DNA from: a virus | Taxonomy: Duplodnaviria > Caudoviricetes | Reading direction: 5' to 3' (one strand) | IMG/VR virus record: IMGVR_UViG_3300049142_000056 | Span: 1-26,177 of that record | DNA: 26,177 bases | Shown here: positions 14,275-22,898 of the stretch, in pieces | How the letters are laid out: each line of letters starts with the position of its first letter | Position numbering within the stretch: the stretch's first letter is position 1 | The notes under the pieces: model-generated | Seen by the model: only the letters and a program-made list of their open reading frames with translations | What the model was told of the DNA's origin: nothing | Databases searched by the model: none | Program-made: the position numbers and the translations under genes

Positions 14275-14903
14275 CATGCCGCGCTGCGTTCGGCGAGCGG
14301 CAGCCCGAGGACTTCGGCGTGCCCGTACTGCTGGCCGCAGCCGCCGCACTGCCGGCCGGGGGTGTCGAGGGTGACGCGGAGGATGGTGCCGCAGGGGCAG
14401 GTGACGGGGATGCGGCGGGGCGGGCGTTCGCCGTTGATGCCGCCTTCGCACTGGCGCCGCAGCTGCCATATTTCGCGGCCGAACTCATCCAGGGCTGGGT
14501 GTGCGGACGCCGCTCGGGCCAGGTTGAGGCGGAGGGTGCTGACGGCCTGGTCGACGCGGTGCTGGAGTCCGCCGCCGGCGCCGACTTGGGCGAGCCCGTA
14601 GGTGGCCCAGTCCTCGACCCACGTTTCGAGCGTGGAGACGATCCCGCCGTTCGCGGTCAGGTTGAGCACTTCGAGCCGCACGGGCACGGGTGCGGTGCGG
14701 GTGCCGGCGACGCTGGGGCCGTCACCGCTCCGGCCAGGGTGGATGCGGAGGCAGAGGCGGGCGTAGAGACCGCCGGGTCCGGCGAGTTCGCGAAGGTCGC
14801 CGTCGATGCGCTGTTCGCAGGGCCGGCAGATGTACCGACCGAGCTCGTCGGTGTAGAGACTGCGGGGGCAGATGACGCAGAAGGCGGCGGCTTCCTCGGT
14901 CAC
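14274..14903 (-). CDS. Cys-rich zinc-finger protein, putative late transcription regulator
   Basis: GTG after GGAG; CVIC...ICRPC at the N-terminus, RIPVTCPCG...CGGC at the C-terminus; last gene of the early region. Confidence 0.7.
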   Translation of the reverse strand: MTEEAAAFCVICPRSLYTDELGRYICRPCEQRIDGDLRELAGPGGLYARLCLRIHPGRSGDGPSVAGTRTAPVPVRLEVLNLTANGGIVSTLETWVEDWATYGLAQVGAGGGLQHRVDQAVSTLRLNLARAASAHPALDEFGREIWQLRRQCEGGINGERPPRRIPVTCPCGTILRVTLDTPGRQCGGCGQQYGHAEVLGLPLAERSAA

Positions 14904-14932
14904 GGCGTTCTCCGTTCGGACGGTGCGGTGGG

Positions 14933-15259
14933 TCAGGGGGTGGTGACGGTGATGCGGGTGCCGTCCCAGTGCAGGACGTCGCCGGATGAGGCGACGAGGG
15001 CGGGTTCGTCGTCGCGCTGGAGGGTGAGGCCGCCGTAGCCGAGGCTGGTCCGGTAGCCGTGCTGGCGGCACCAGCGCACGGGCAGGTCGAGGGGCATGTC
15101 CATGTGCAGGCGGAGCTGTGCGGGGTCCATCGCGTACCGGTTGGCGACCATGGACCTGAGCAGGCGGGCGTCGCGCTGGAGCCTGTCCCGCTTCTCGTAC
15201 CCGGCGGCACGCCGGGCCTGGTGTTCGTACTCGGCGGCGAGTTCGGCGAGGGTCGTCAC
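14933..15259 (-). CDS. Hypothetical phage protein, 108 aa
   Basis: GTGA overlap; VTTLAELAAEYEHQ...GDVLHWDGTRITV. Confidence 0.65.
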   Translation of the reverse strand: MTTLAELAAEYEHQARRAAGYEKRDRLQRDARLLRSMVANRYAMDPAQLRLHMDMPLDLPVRWCRQHGYRTSLGYGGLTLQRDDEPALVASSGDVLHWDGTRITVTTP

Positions 15260-15531
15260 GGCTGGGTCTCCGCTCCGTTGAGCGCGTCGATCGTTGGGCA
15301 GGGCCACGGGATGACGTCGCCGCTGATCTGGTTGCAGTGGGCGCACGAGTCGGTGGCGTCGTCGTACACGGACCGGTATTGCTGATGGAGCGTCCTGATG
15401 CGGGCGATGGCGGCCTTCGTCTGCCTTGCCGTCGCTTCGCCGCTGGCGCACATTTCGGCGAGGTCGAGCTCGTCCCAGTTCTCCAGGAAGAACCGGGCGC
15501 GTTCACTGAGTTCGTCGTAGCGGCTGGTCAC
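15256..15531 (-). CDS. Hypothetical phage protein with H...CxxC...WPCPT zinc motif
   Basis: IRTLHQ...CAHC...PWPCPTIDAL, a common actinophage motif; GTGA overlap. Confidence 0.75.
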   Translation of the reverse strand: MTSRYDELSERARFFLENWDELDLAEMCASGEATARQTKAAIARIRTLHQQYRSVYDDATDSCAHCNQISGDVIPWPCPTIDALNGAETQP

Positions 15532-15872
15532 AAGTTCTCCTGGTCGTAGCACGCGTTCCAGTACCGCCGGTCGGCGTTGCCTTCCTCGGCCGGGGTGGTG
15601 TCGCCAGGGGCCTGCCGCTCCAGCAGCGTGCTGGCGGCCTCGGGGTCGGGGCATTCGAGGTGGGAGCAGGTGACGTAGCCGCCGTCAGCGACGAACAGCG
15701 ACTCGCGGCGGCACGCCGGGCAATGGCCCTTGATCCACGGGGGGTGCGGCTCGTCGGGCTGGGCAACGGTGCTTGTCGCGATGACGTTGCGGGGTGGGCG
15801 GGCGGCGAGAACCGCGGCGGCTTCGGCCGTCTTCTCGGTGTTCCAGTAATGGATCTCGGGCTGGTCGTTCAC
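15528..15872 (-). CDS. Hypothetical zinc-ribbon phage protein, 114 aa
   Basis: GAGGAGG RBS; GHCPACRRESLFVADGGYVTCSHLECPDP. Confidence 0.7.
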   Translation of the reverse strand: MNDQPEIHYWNTEKTAEAAAVLAARPPRNVIATSTVAQPDEPHPPWIKGHCPACRRESLFVADGGYVTCSHLECPDPEAASTLLERQAPGDTTPAEEGNADRRYWNACYDQENL

Positions 15873-15946
15873 GGCCCCTCCTCGGGCAACTTCAGGTCGG
15901 TGATGGTCTCGGACCAGTCGCGGTACGCGGACCGGCGGGTGGCGGG

Positions 15947-16066
15947 TCAGGGCAGGCCGTCCGCGCCGAGCCCGGAGTGGGGGGCGGGGCAGTCGACATG
16001 CGCCTCCTCGCGCGGGGCACGGAGGTCGAGAAACGCCTGCTCGTCGGGGTCGAGTTCGGGGGTCAC
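15947..16066 (-). CDS. Possible 39-aa ORF
   Basis: VTPELDPDEQAFLDLRAPREEAHVDCPAPHSGLGADGLP; GTGA overlap with the upstream stop. Confidence 0.35.
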   Translation of the reverse strand: MTPELDPDEQAFLDLRAPREEAHVDCPAPHSGLGADGLP

Positions 16067-16521
16067 GGCTGGGCCTGGCGCCATGCGGCGGGGTCGTGCT
16101 TGTGCTCGCGGTCGGGCACGACGATGCGATCGCCGCGCAGGTCGTGACCGATGACCATGCCGGGCCGCAGCCGGGGATTGCCTGTCGATGTGCCGTCACA
16201 GTCGTCGGCAGGTCCACAGGGGTCGCCGATGTGGCGGCCATGCCTGCATCGGTCGAGGTCGGCGACGAGTGCGGCCCACGGCCCGTCGCTGCTCTGGGAG
16301 TCGAGTGTGGGCAGGGGCCGGTCGGTGCGGGCGAGCGCATGCTCGACACCCTGGATCGCGGCGGTGACTTTGGCGTGCAGGGGCGAATAGAACACCTCGC
16401 TCGCGCAATGCAGAGCGGCGTTCGCTTGGGCGTGCGCGGACAGGTGCGACTGCGCGGCGATGAGGGCGAGTCGGGTCTTCTCCAACTCGCGGCGAAGATC
16501 AGTGACGGTCGGGTCGGTCAT
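16063..16521 (-). CDS. Hypothetical phage protein, 152 aa
   Basis: GGAAGGA RBS; MTDPTVTDLRRELEK...DLDRCRHGRHIGDPC. Confidence 0.7.
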   Translation of the reverse strand: MTDPTVTDLRRELEKTRLALIAAQSHLSAHAQANAALHCASEVFYSPLHAKVTAAIQGVEHALARTDRPLPTLDSQSSDGPWAALVADLDRCRHGRHIGDPCGPADDCDGTSTGNPRLRPGMVIGHDLRGDRIVVPDREHKHDPAAWRQAQP

Positions 16522-16640
16522 TTTCGGTTCCTTCCAGGCAGGGTCAGGGAGGGCGGGGTGCCTGTGCGGCCCTGAGAGCCGCACAGAGCGCCCGGCTTAG
16601 CGGATTACCTGATTGGCGCGTTCGGGCGCGAGAGGGGCCC

Positions 16641-16928
16641 TCAGGGGCTTTCCTGGGGCTGTCGCGGCCCGGCGGCGGCCACCGAGTTCACGGGCGCCCC
16701 TGGGATCAGCCCCCGTTCCCGGGCGACCCGCACGGCCGCCGACCGCTTCAGCTCCCGCGGCAGGTACGCGACATCGAGGCGCTGGTACGCCGTCGACAGC
16801 AGCGTCGACACCCGCTCCCGGGTGACGCCCATTCGGCGGCCGACCTCGGCGAGGCTTGCCCCGTCGGCGGCCAGGGTGAGCGCTTCGGCCTGCCGCCCGG
16901 TCAGCGGCATCCGCGCCGGGCCCCTCAT
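16641..16928 (-). CDS. LuxR/sigma-region-4 type HTH regulator
   Basis: PLTGRQAEALTLAADGASLAEVGRRMGVTRERVSTLLSTAYQRL...AVRVARERGLI; ATGA overlap. Confidence 0.8.
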   Translation of the reverse strand: MRGPARMPLTGRQAEALTLAADGASLAEVGRRMGVTRERVSTLLSTAYQRLDVAYLPRELKRSAAVRVARERGLIPGAPVNSVAAAGPRQPQESP

Positions 16929-17155
16929 CGCTGCGTCTCCTCGGGCTCGGGCTCCTCGGTGACGGTGGTGGTGCGCCGCATCAGCCGATGCTCCCAACTC
17001 GGCTGCATGCGGCGCCGAGCGGCGAGTCCCTCCAGGGCCGCGTCCCAGGACTCCCAGATGCCCACGACGCCCGAAGCCCTCTGCCACGGCTGGCTCGCGG
17101 CGGGACGGGACTGGATGAAGTAGCTCACCGAGACTGCACTGCGATGGTCGGTCAT
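16925..17155 (-). CDS. Hypothetical phage protein, 76 aa
   Basis: GGAGG RBS plus ATG. Confidence 0.7.
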   Translation of the reverse strand: MTDHRSAVSVSYFIQSRPAASQPWQRASGVVGIWESWDAALEGLAARRRMQPSWEHRLMRRTTTVTEEPEPEETQR

Positions 17156-17192
17156 GGTTCCTCCGGTGGTGGTCGTGCTGGACTGGGCGGGT

Positions 17193-17219
17193 GCGGCCCC
17201 GGATAGGCGCCGGGGCCGC
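17193..17219. terminator. Intergenic hairpin
   Basis: GCGGCCCCGG/CCGGGGCCGC 10-bp stem just after the stop at 17223. Confidence 0.45.
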
Positions 17220-17222
17220 GCG

Positions 17223-17717
17223 TCAGACGTTGAGGCAGGTGTCGGGGTCTACCCCTTCGCAGTTGCCACAGGAGTGCTCGGGCTGCTGTGCCTCGTCGGC
17301 CTTGCGGCGGAGCTCCTTGGCCACCGCGTAGGTGCCCTGATCCCAGGCGTTGGTCAGGCTGCTCATCTCGGCGCAGTCGGGGGTGGGGAGCTGCGTGGCC
17401 ACATCGGCCGCTTCCCGCAGCACGGCCGGACGGTCGACGGGCGCGGGCACAGCGGCCAGCACGGCGTCGCGAATGGCGTCCTGCGGGCGCTCGTCGCCGA
17501 GCCCGGCCTTCCAACGGGTGAACACGTCATCGATGGCGGCGGCGACTTGGTCGCGCAGGGTGGGCTGGTCGGCCAGGGTGGCGGCGATCTGGTCCCGCAG
17601 TTCGCACCCAGCACAGCCGAGGTTTGCGGCGAGGTTGTCGTGGCGGGCGACGCTGCCGTGCAGCGCGGATAGGTACGCCTCGGCGCTGCGCAACAGCGCG
17701 AGGGTGTCGGCGGTCAT
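17223..17717 (-). CDS. Hypothetical phage protein, 164 aa
   Basis: GGAGG RBS; DRPAVLREAAD and ELRRKADEAQ motifs common in Streptomyces phage ORFs; C-terminal HSCGNCEGVDPDTC. Confidence 0.75.
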   Translation of the reverse strand: MTADTLALLRSAEAYLSALHGSVARHDNLAANLGCAGCELRDQIAATLADQPTLRDQVAAAIDDVFTRWKAGLGDERPQDAIRDAVLAAVPAPVDRPAVLREAADVATQLPTPDCAEMSSLTNAWDQGTYAVAKELRRKADEAQQPEHSCGNCEGVDPDTCLNV

Positions 17718-17763
17718 GGTTCCTCCGGGTCGGGTGGTCGGGGCGGTCAGGCGGGACGGTGGG

Positions 17764-18057
17764 CTACAGGCGGGCAGCGATGAACCGATGTCCTCCGAGG
17801 CGAGCATCACGGTCGTTTCCGGTCTTGGGGCGGAGGTCTTCGCGGTCGCGGTCCTCACCGAGCAGGTGCAGGGCGTCCCGCAGCGAGGCGGCGCTCACGG
17901 CGATCTCGGCGATTGCGGTCGTCGTCTCCGACTTGCCGTCCGTCGTGACCTTGCTGATGGCAATGAACGCCGTGTCGTCGGTGACGCCTACGACGAGCAC
18001 CCCCTGGGGCGGCGCGGAGGGTTCGAGACAGTCGTTCAGCGTGACGTGGTGGATCAC
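17764..18057 (-). CDS. Hypothetical phage protein, 97 aa
   Basis: GAGGAG RBS plus GTG at 18057. Confidence 0.65.
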   Translation of the reverse strand: MIHHVTLNDCLEPSAPPQGVLVVGVTDDTAFIAISKVTTDGKSETTTAIAEIAVSAASLRDALHLLGEDRDREDLRPKTGNDRDARLGGHRFIAARL

Positions 18058-18854
18058 GGCGTTCTCCTCGGTGAGGGTCGGATCAGGGGGCCACGGCGGT
18101 TGTCGTGGCACGGCAGGTCAGGCGGCAGGCCGTGCTCAACCTGCGTGTTGGCGGCGGAAAGCCACGACAAGCGGACGAACTCGAAGTCGCTCTCGTGGTC
18201 CCGGTACAGCGGGGATTCGCTGTGGGCTCCGCAGGCGGCGCAGCGTCGAAGGCGCTCCCCCTCGACCCAGGTGACGCGCCGGCATCCGGAGCAGCAGGTC
18301 ATCCAGGAGTTGACCTGTCGCGTGGACGTCCAGTGCACGCATCCGCCGCGGCTGCGGGCGAGCTTGGCTTTCACCCTGCCCGGCCAATGGCTGTACGCCT
18401 CGTCGTTCCACACATTGAACGGCCTGGGCGGGTGACCGACGATGACCATCTCGCCGCCCGGCCAGCGACAGTCGCAGGACATGGGCTTGCAGTGGCAGGC
18501 GAGCATCCGGCCGAGCTCGTAGGCCTTCTCGACCCTGGGTATGCCGGGCCCTTTGACCTCCACCCAGACGCCGATCTCGGTGAGGTGGAAATCGGGCAGG
18601 TAGCGCGCCCCGGATTCGAGCTGGAACGTCTCGGGCTCGTACTCCCAGACGATGCCGAGGGAGTCGAGGGTGGCGGCCCAGCCAGCTTCGAGGAGGGAGC
18701 GGAACTGGGTGCCGCGATAGATCGTCGGCAGGGCGGCGATCCCGGGTTCTCCGGTAGGGCTGTTGCCGTCGCACAGCTCGGCGGTCGCCTGACGGTCGGC
18801 GCAGTCCATGGTCAGCTGCTCCAGGTAGGCGGCCCAGTCGTTGTAGTCGCTCAC
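18054..18854 (-). CDS. PD-(D/E)XK superfamily nuclease
   Basis: YRGTQFRSLLEAGWA...WEYEPE...YLPDF...WVEVKG; C-terminal Cys clusters; GTGA overlap with the helicase stop. Confidence 0.8.
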   Translation of the reverse strand: MSDYNDWAAYLEQLTMDCADRQATAELCDGNSPTGEPGIAALPTIYRGTQFRSLLEAGWAATLDSLGIVWEYEPETFQLESGARYLPDFHLTEIGVWVEVKGPGIPRVEKAYELGRMLACHCKPMSCDCRWPGGEMVIVGHPPRPFNVWNDEAYSHWPGRVKAKLARSRGGCVHWTSTRQVNSWMTCCSGCRRVTWVEGERLRRCAACGAHSESPLYRDHESDFEFVRLSWLSAANTQVEHGLPPDLPCHDNRRGPLIRPSPRRTP

Positions 18855-20161
18855 CAGATCGCTCCCGTCTGCGAGTTGCCGTACATGTCGGCGTCGATGG
18901 GCTTGTAGGAGATCCAGGGCCACTTGTCGCCCTGGCGGACGAAGCGGGGCCAGTTGCGTTCGTCGCGCATGCCGCGCCAGGGCAGGAAGCGCCGGCCGCG
19001 GGCGCCGTCACCGTCCTCGGCGGACTTCTCGTCCTCGACGGGGCGCAGGCCGAACCCGAACTCGGGCCAGCGCATCCACAGCGACGAGCCGACGGGGCGC
19101 AGGGCCCGGTGCTGGCCGAAGCCGTTGTGGTGGGGGGCGTGGGCTTCCATGAAGACGGCGGCGCCGGCAGTCGCGCGGGCCTCGTCGAGGACGACCGAGA
19201 CCTTGCGGGCCAGCTCTTCGCTGTTCGGGTCGCCGGCGTGGAGGCGGTAGATCGGGCCGATGACGAGGAGTTCGGGCTTGAACTCCTCGACGCGGCGCAT
19301 CACCCAGGAGCGGTCTTGCGGGCGGGTGAGGTCGAGGCCTTCGGGCCGGCAGCGGATGTGGAACTGGCCGCGGTGGATGGGGCGGTCGAGGCTGTCGGCG
19401 GCAGCGAGCAGCGGCTTGTACTTGCGGCGGGAGGCGGCTTCGCCGTTCTCGCAGTCGAGGACCATGACCTTGATCGGGTCGATGGTCTTCCACGTCTCGA
19501 AGGGGTGGATGCCAGCGGCGAGGGTGATGGCGATCTGGCGGAGCATGACGGACTTGCCGCCACCCTCGCCCGCGGTGAGGATCATGCGGTCCATGCGTTC
19601 GAGGAGGCCGGGCACGATCCAGTCGTAGGTCTCCTCGTGTTCGACGAAGTCGAGGATGTCTTCGGTGGGTAGGTCGTCGTCTTCGCTGGTGCGGTCGCGG
19701 AGTTCGCGACACATGGCGACGGCGCGCTCGATGAGTTCGCTGGTCGCGCCGTCGGGGCTGTAGCCCATCTGTGTGAGCCGGTCGCCGAGCTGGATGAGAG
19801 CGCGGCGCAGGCCGCGGTCCTGGACGATCTCGGCGTAGTACTCGCCGTTCGCCGCGGTCGGCACGGCCTGAACCAGCTCGTACAGGTAGACGGCGCCCCC
19901 GATCCTGTGGAGTTCACCCTGGTCGGCGAGGTATTTGGCGACGGTGATCTGGTCGACGGGCTGCTTCTGCGAGAACAGCGCGGCGATGGCGCGGTAGATC
20001 GTGACGTGCCGCGGCTGGTAGTAGGCCTCGGCGGCGGATGCGGCGAGGACTTCGGCGCAGGCGAGCGGCGACAGGAGGCAGGCGCCCAGGGCGGACTGTT
20101 CGGCGAGGGTGTCGCGGGGCGGGGTCCGCTCAAGCAGCTCAGGATCGAGATCTGTGGTCAC
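18851..20161 (-). CDS. dnaB: Replicative helicase: DnaB N-terminal domain plus RecA-like (AAA_25/RepA-type) ATPase
   Basis: PPRDTLAEQSALGACLL...YYQPRHVTIY...VPTAANGEYYAEIV...RRALI (DnaB-N); YDWIVPGLL, Walker A GEGGGKS, LDCEN, GSSLW. Confidence 0.85.
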   Translation of the reverse strand: MTTDLDPELLERTPPRDTLAEQSALGACLLSPLACAEVLAASAAEAYYQPRHVTIYRAIAALFSQKQPVDQITVAKYLADQGELHRIGGAVYLYELVQAVPTAANGEYYAEIVQDRGLRRALIQLGDRLTQMGYSPDGATSELIERAVAMCRELRDRTSEDDDLPTEDILDFVEHEETYDWIVPGLLERMDRMILTAGEGGGKSVMLRQIAITLAAGIHPFETWKTIDPIKVMVLDCENGEAASRRKYKPLLAAADSLDRPIHRGQFHIRCRPEGLDLTRPQDRSWVMRRVEEFKPELLVIGPIYRLHAGDPNSEELARKVSVVLDEARATAGAAVFMEAHAPHHNGFGQHRALRPVGSSLWMRWPEFGFGLRPVEDEKSAEDGDGARGRRFLPWRGMRDERNWPRFVRQGDKWPWISYKPIDADMYGNSQTGAIW

Positions 20162-20404
20162 TTAGAAGATCCCTTTCTCGGCGTAGTACTCGTAGCTGGT
20201 CTTGGGCTTGACGCGGCGGACGATGTCGGCGGGCATGACGCGGGCGGTGTGCTGTCGGTAGTGGTCGCGCAGGGCGGCGCTGGCGGCGGCGAAGTCGATG
20301 TCGCCGAGGACCATGTGCCAGGCGCGGACGTCGGATTCGCCGATGGTGCGCTGGCTGATGCCGGCGTCGATGGAGAGCAGATCTGCGATTTCGGCGAGGG
20401 TCAT
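20162..20404 (-). CDS. Helicase loader/inhibitor, G39P-like
   Basis: MTLAEIADLL...VRAWHMVLGDIDF..A..ALRDHY...VMPADI; lies between the initiator and the helicase. Confidence 0.65.
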   Translation of the reverse strand: MTLAEIADLLSIDAGISQRTIGESDVRAWHMVLGDIDFAAASAALRDHYRQHTARVMPADIVRRVKPKTSYEYYAEKGIF

Positions 20405-21303
20405 GCGGGCTCCTGGTCTTCGCGTCGGGGTTCGATGGCGCGCTGCTCCTGTTCGCGGAACATGGCGGCGAGGGCCTGGCCTTGGGCGACGCGCTGGTCG
20501 GTGGTGGAGCGGGCAGTCGGCACGGACCGCAGGGGTGGACGGTCGGCACTGGGCTCGGGCAGCGGGGGGAGTTCGCTCCAGCCCTTGAGGAAGTAGTTGG
20601 CCGATTGGACGTCCGCTTTGGAGGCGGCTCTGACTGCGTAATCGACCATGGCGGGGACACCGCTCTTGGCGATCATGGCGAGGAGCGGGAACCAGCGGTT
20701 GCCCTTGAAGGGCCAGCGGACGATGACGCCTGCCGCGGTGAGCCCGTCGACGAGTGGGCGGGCGTCTCGCGGGATGCCGTGATCGGGGGCGGCGTCGGGC
20801 GCTGGCACGCTAGCTAGCTCTTTAGAGTCTGAGGAGTCTGAGGAGAAGGGGGGAGCCACGGCACCTTCAGAAGGTGCCGTGGCACCTTCTGAGTGAGCCC
20901 CTGCTCCCCCTTTGGGGGTCCTAGGGATAGCGGTGGCTCCCCCTAGGGGTAGCGGTGGCTCCCCCTTCTCGGCTCCGGAAGGGGGAGCCGTGGCTCCCCC
21001 TTGGAAGTCGGGCACGACGAAAGTCATCCGGGTCCCGGGCACCGCGTACAGAGCCCGGCCGTCCTTGCCCTTGCCGATCGGAACCCGGAACTCCCACCCG
21101 TTGGCAGCGAGCCGCTTGAGGGCGTTCCGCACGACGCCGCTGTCCTTCGCCCCGGTCCACCGGGCGAGGTCTTCAAGCGCGACCCAGCTCCTCCGCGTCC
21201 GCTCGTTCGCGTCGTCGGCGATCTCCAGGGCAACGGCACGCTGCAAGCCGGTGATGTCCGGCCCCAACGCCTCGCGCAGCTGGCGGCGGAGTTCGTAGCC
21301 CAC
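20401..21303 (-). CDS. Phage replication initiator (N-terminal wHTH, repeat-encoded linker)
   Basis: LQRAVALEIADDA...LEDLARWTG...VRNALKRLAANG; low-complexity linker; C-terminal STTDQRV motif; upstream of loader and helicase. Confidence 0.75.
   Translation of the reverse strand: MGYELRRQLREALGPDITGLQRAVALEIADDANERTRRSWVALEDLARWTGAKDSGVVRNALKRLAANGWEFRVPIGKGKDGRALYAVPGTRMTFVVPDFQGGATAPPSGAEKGEPPLPLGGATAIPRTPKGGAGAHSEGATAPSEGAVAPPFSSDSSDSKELASVPAPDAAPDHGIPRDARPLVDGLTAAGVIVRWPFKGNRWFPLLAMIAKSGVPAMVDYAVRAASKADVQSANYFLKGWSELPPLPEPSADRPPLRSVPTARSTTDQRVAQGQALAAMFREQEQRAIEPRREDQEPA
20825..21002. repeat. Iteron-like direct and inverted repeats inside the initiator gene; candidate origin
   Basis: TAGCGGTGGCTCCCCCT at 20928 and 20950; 14-bp IR 20855-20883; 11-bp IR 20979-21002; GAGTCTGAG tandem at 20825. 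Confidence 0.7.
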
Positions 21304-21384
21304 GGTCGTCTTCTTCCTGGCGGTACGGGTAAGGGGCGCGGGTGCCGGGCTAGTGGGGGCCGGCGCGGGCTGGGCGGGAGGCGG

Positions 21385-22065
21385 TCACGCGGCGGCCTCG
21401 ATGGCGAACTGCGCAGCGAAGGAAGATCCGATCGCCTCGGCGTAGGCGGGCGGGATCGCCTCGGCTATCTCTTTGCGGACGTCGGTCCAGTCGATGCCCA
21501 TGGCGCGCTGCCAGTCGGCGACCGTGCCCTTGCCGCCGCCGTCGCCGTACACGGCGAAGTAGGGGCCCTGGTACCAGACGCCGTGCCGCATGCCAGCTAC
21601 TCGCCCGCGGTGCTTGAGGTGTGCGGGCTTCGGCATGGTCCAGCCGCCGAGTTCGAAGTTGCGGTGCCTGATCACTTCGAGCCCGAACATCTCGCCGCAC
21701 AGGGTCAGGTCGACGCGCATCCGCTTCGATGCCTTGCCTGGCGGCTGCTCGATCACGTAGGGCCGGCCGGTCGCTTCGAGTGCTACGCGGGTGGGGTCGA
21801 GCAGGTCCGGGTACTGGAACTTCCCGGCGTTGGTGCCCGCGGTGAGCGTGCAGTCGTGCTGGCAGGGCGGGCCGGCATGGATCAGGTCGTACTCATGGCC
21901 GTGCGCCCTGATGAAGTCGACGGCATCGCCTTGGACGAACCGATCGCCGCAGTAACGGGGTTGGGGTGCGATGTCGACGCCGGTGACGTGGAAGCCAGCT
22001 CGTTGGTAGCCGCGGGTGCAGCCGCCGACCCCACAGAATGCGGCGAGGAGCCTGAGGTTCGACAT
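21385..22065 (-). CDS. DNA cytosine-C5 methyltransferase (compact, orphan)
   Basis: Motif I FCGVGG, VTGVDI, motif IV HAGPPCQ, motif VI variant YVIEQP, RHRNF, motif X-like AEAIPPAY. Confidence 0.85.
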   Translation of the reverse strand: MSNLRLLAAFCGVGGCTRGYQRAGFHVTGVDIAPQPRYCGDRFVQGDAVDFIRAHGHEYDLIHAGPPCQHDCTLTAGTNAGKFQYPDLLDPTRVALEATGRPYVIEQPPGKASKRMRVDLTLCGEMFGLEVIRHRNFELGGWTMPKPAHLKHRGRVAGMRHGVWYQGPYFAVYGDGGGKGTVADWQRAMGIDWTDVRKEIAEAIPPAYAEAIGSSFAAQFAIEAAA

Positions 22066-22898
22066 CACGCCGCCTCCTTGGCGCGGGCGACCGCCTGGTG
22101 GAGGTAGGCGCGGGTGATGCCGAGACGTTCGGCCGTCTGCTCGGCGTCGAGGCCGGAGGTGCGCATGATCCATGCGGCGTCTTCGGCGATGACTTCGGCG
22201 CGGAGCCTGCCGTACTCGGGAACGAAGTCCGGGTCGCCGATCAGGTCGGCGAAGTCGTCCCAGTACTCGGGGGTTGGCCAGCGCCGCGAGGCCGCACGGC
22301 GGCGGGCCATGTCGGCGGAGCGCCTGTCGACGCCTCGCCGTTCCGGGCGCAGGGTGCGAAGAGTGTCGTAAGCCTCCTCCACCGCGGTGGCGGTGTAGTG
22401 GTAGACGTACCGCTGGGTGGTGATCTTCTGGACGTGCTTGGCGTTGAGGCCGAGGCGAGGGCCGAGTTGGGTCATCGGCCAGCCCTTGGCGACGAGGGCT
22501 TGGATGCGTCGGCGGGATGCGGTGGCGTCGACGAAGCCGGGCAGGGTGGCCGCCGCCGAGACGGCGAGGATCTTGGTTGCGGTCTCCGGTGATGTGCGGC
22601 TACGGCGTGCGCGGCGATGGCCGTAGCTGTGGTGCAGGAACTCGCGGACGGTCTGGTACGGCAGGTCGGCTAGCACTGCGACCCGGTGGGCGCCGATGCC
22701 CGCTGCCTGGAGCGCGAGAAGGTGATCGCGGACGGGCTTGGCGTCGACGAGCGGCTGCCAGGTGCCTTCGTTCTCCGCCCTGCGCCGGTCGCGCCGGTAG
22801 GCGTTGTATCGCTCGGCGCATTCGGGCCGTCGGCATCGGTAGTCGGTGTAGCAGGTGAGCGTGTTGTGGTTCGGCGGCTCCTTGGTTGCGGTGGTCAT
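22065..22898 (-). CDS. Phage DNA-binding protein (N-terminal His/Cys finger, HTH repeats)
   Basis: HNTLTCYTDYRCRRPEC; RRRIQALVAKGWP; C-terminal AEQTAERLGITRAYL. Confidence 0.75.
   Translation of the reverse strand: MTTATKEPPNHNTLTCYTDYRCRRPECAERYNAYRRDRRRAENEGTWQPLVDAKPVRDHLLALQAAGIGAHRVAVLADLPYQTVREFLHHSYGHRRARRSRTSPETATKILAVSAAATLPGFVDATASRRRIQALVAKGWPMTQLGPRLGLNAKHVQKITTQRYVYHYTATAVEEAYDTLRTLRPERRGVDRRSADMARRRAASRRWPTPEYWDDFADLIGDPDFVPEYGRLRAEVIAEDAAWIMRTSGLDAEQTAERLGITRAYLHQAVARAKEAA

Noticed and set aside
14274-15506. 410-aa version of the zinc-finger gene
   Set aside because: The extension overlaps two better-supported ORFs in other frames; an RBS supports the GTG at 14903.
18054-18140. 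Possible frameshift near the nuclease C-terminus (another frame ends ...RPAA-stop at 18118)
   Set aside because: The annotated frame stays open and overlaps the next start by GTGA, so no frameshift is needed.
20825-21002. CRISPR-like array
   Set aside because: Repeats are short, mixed in orientation, lack unique spacers and lie in a coding region; no cas genes.
18054-22065. Restriction-modification pair (PD-(D/E)XK nuclease plus methyltransferase)
   Set aside because: The genes are separated by the replication module, and each type is common alone in phage early regions.
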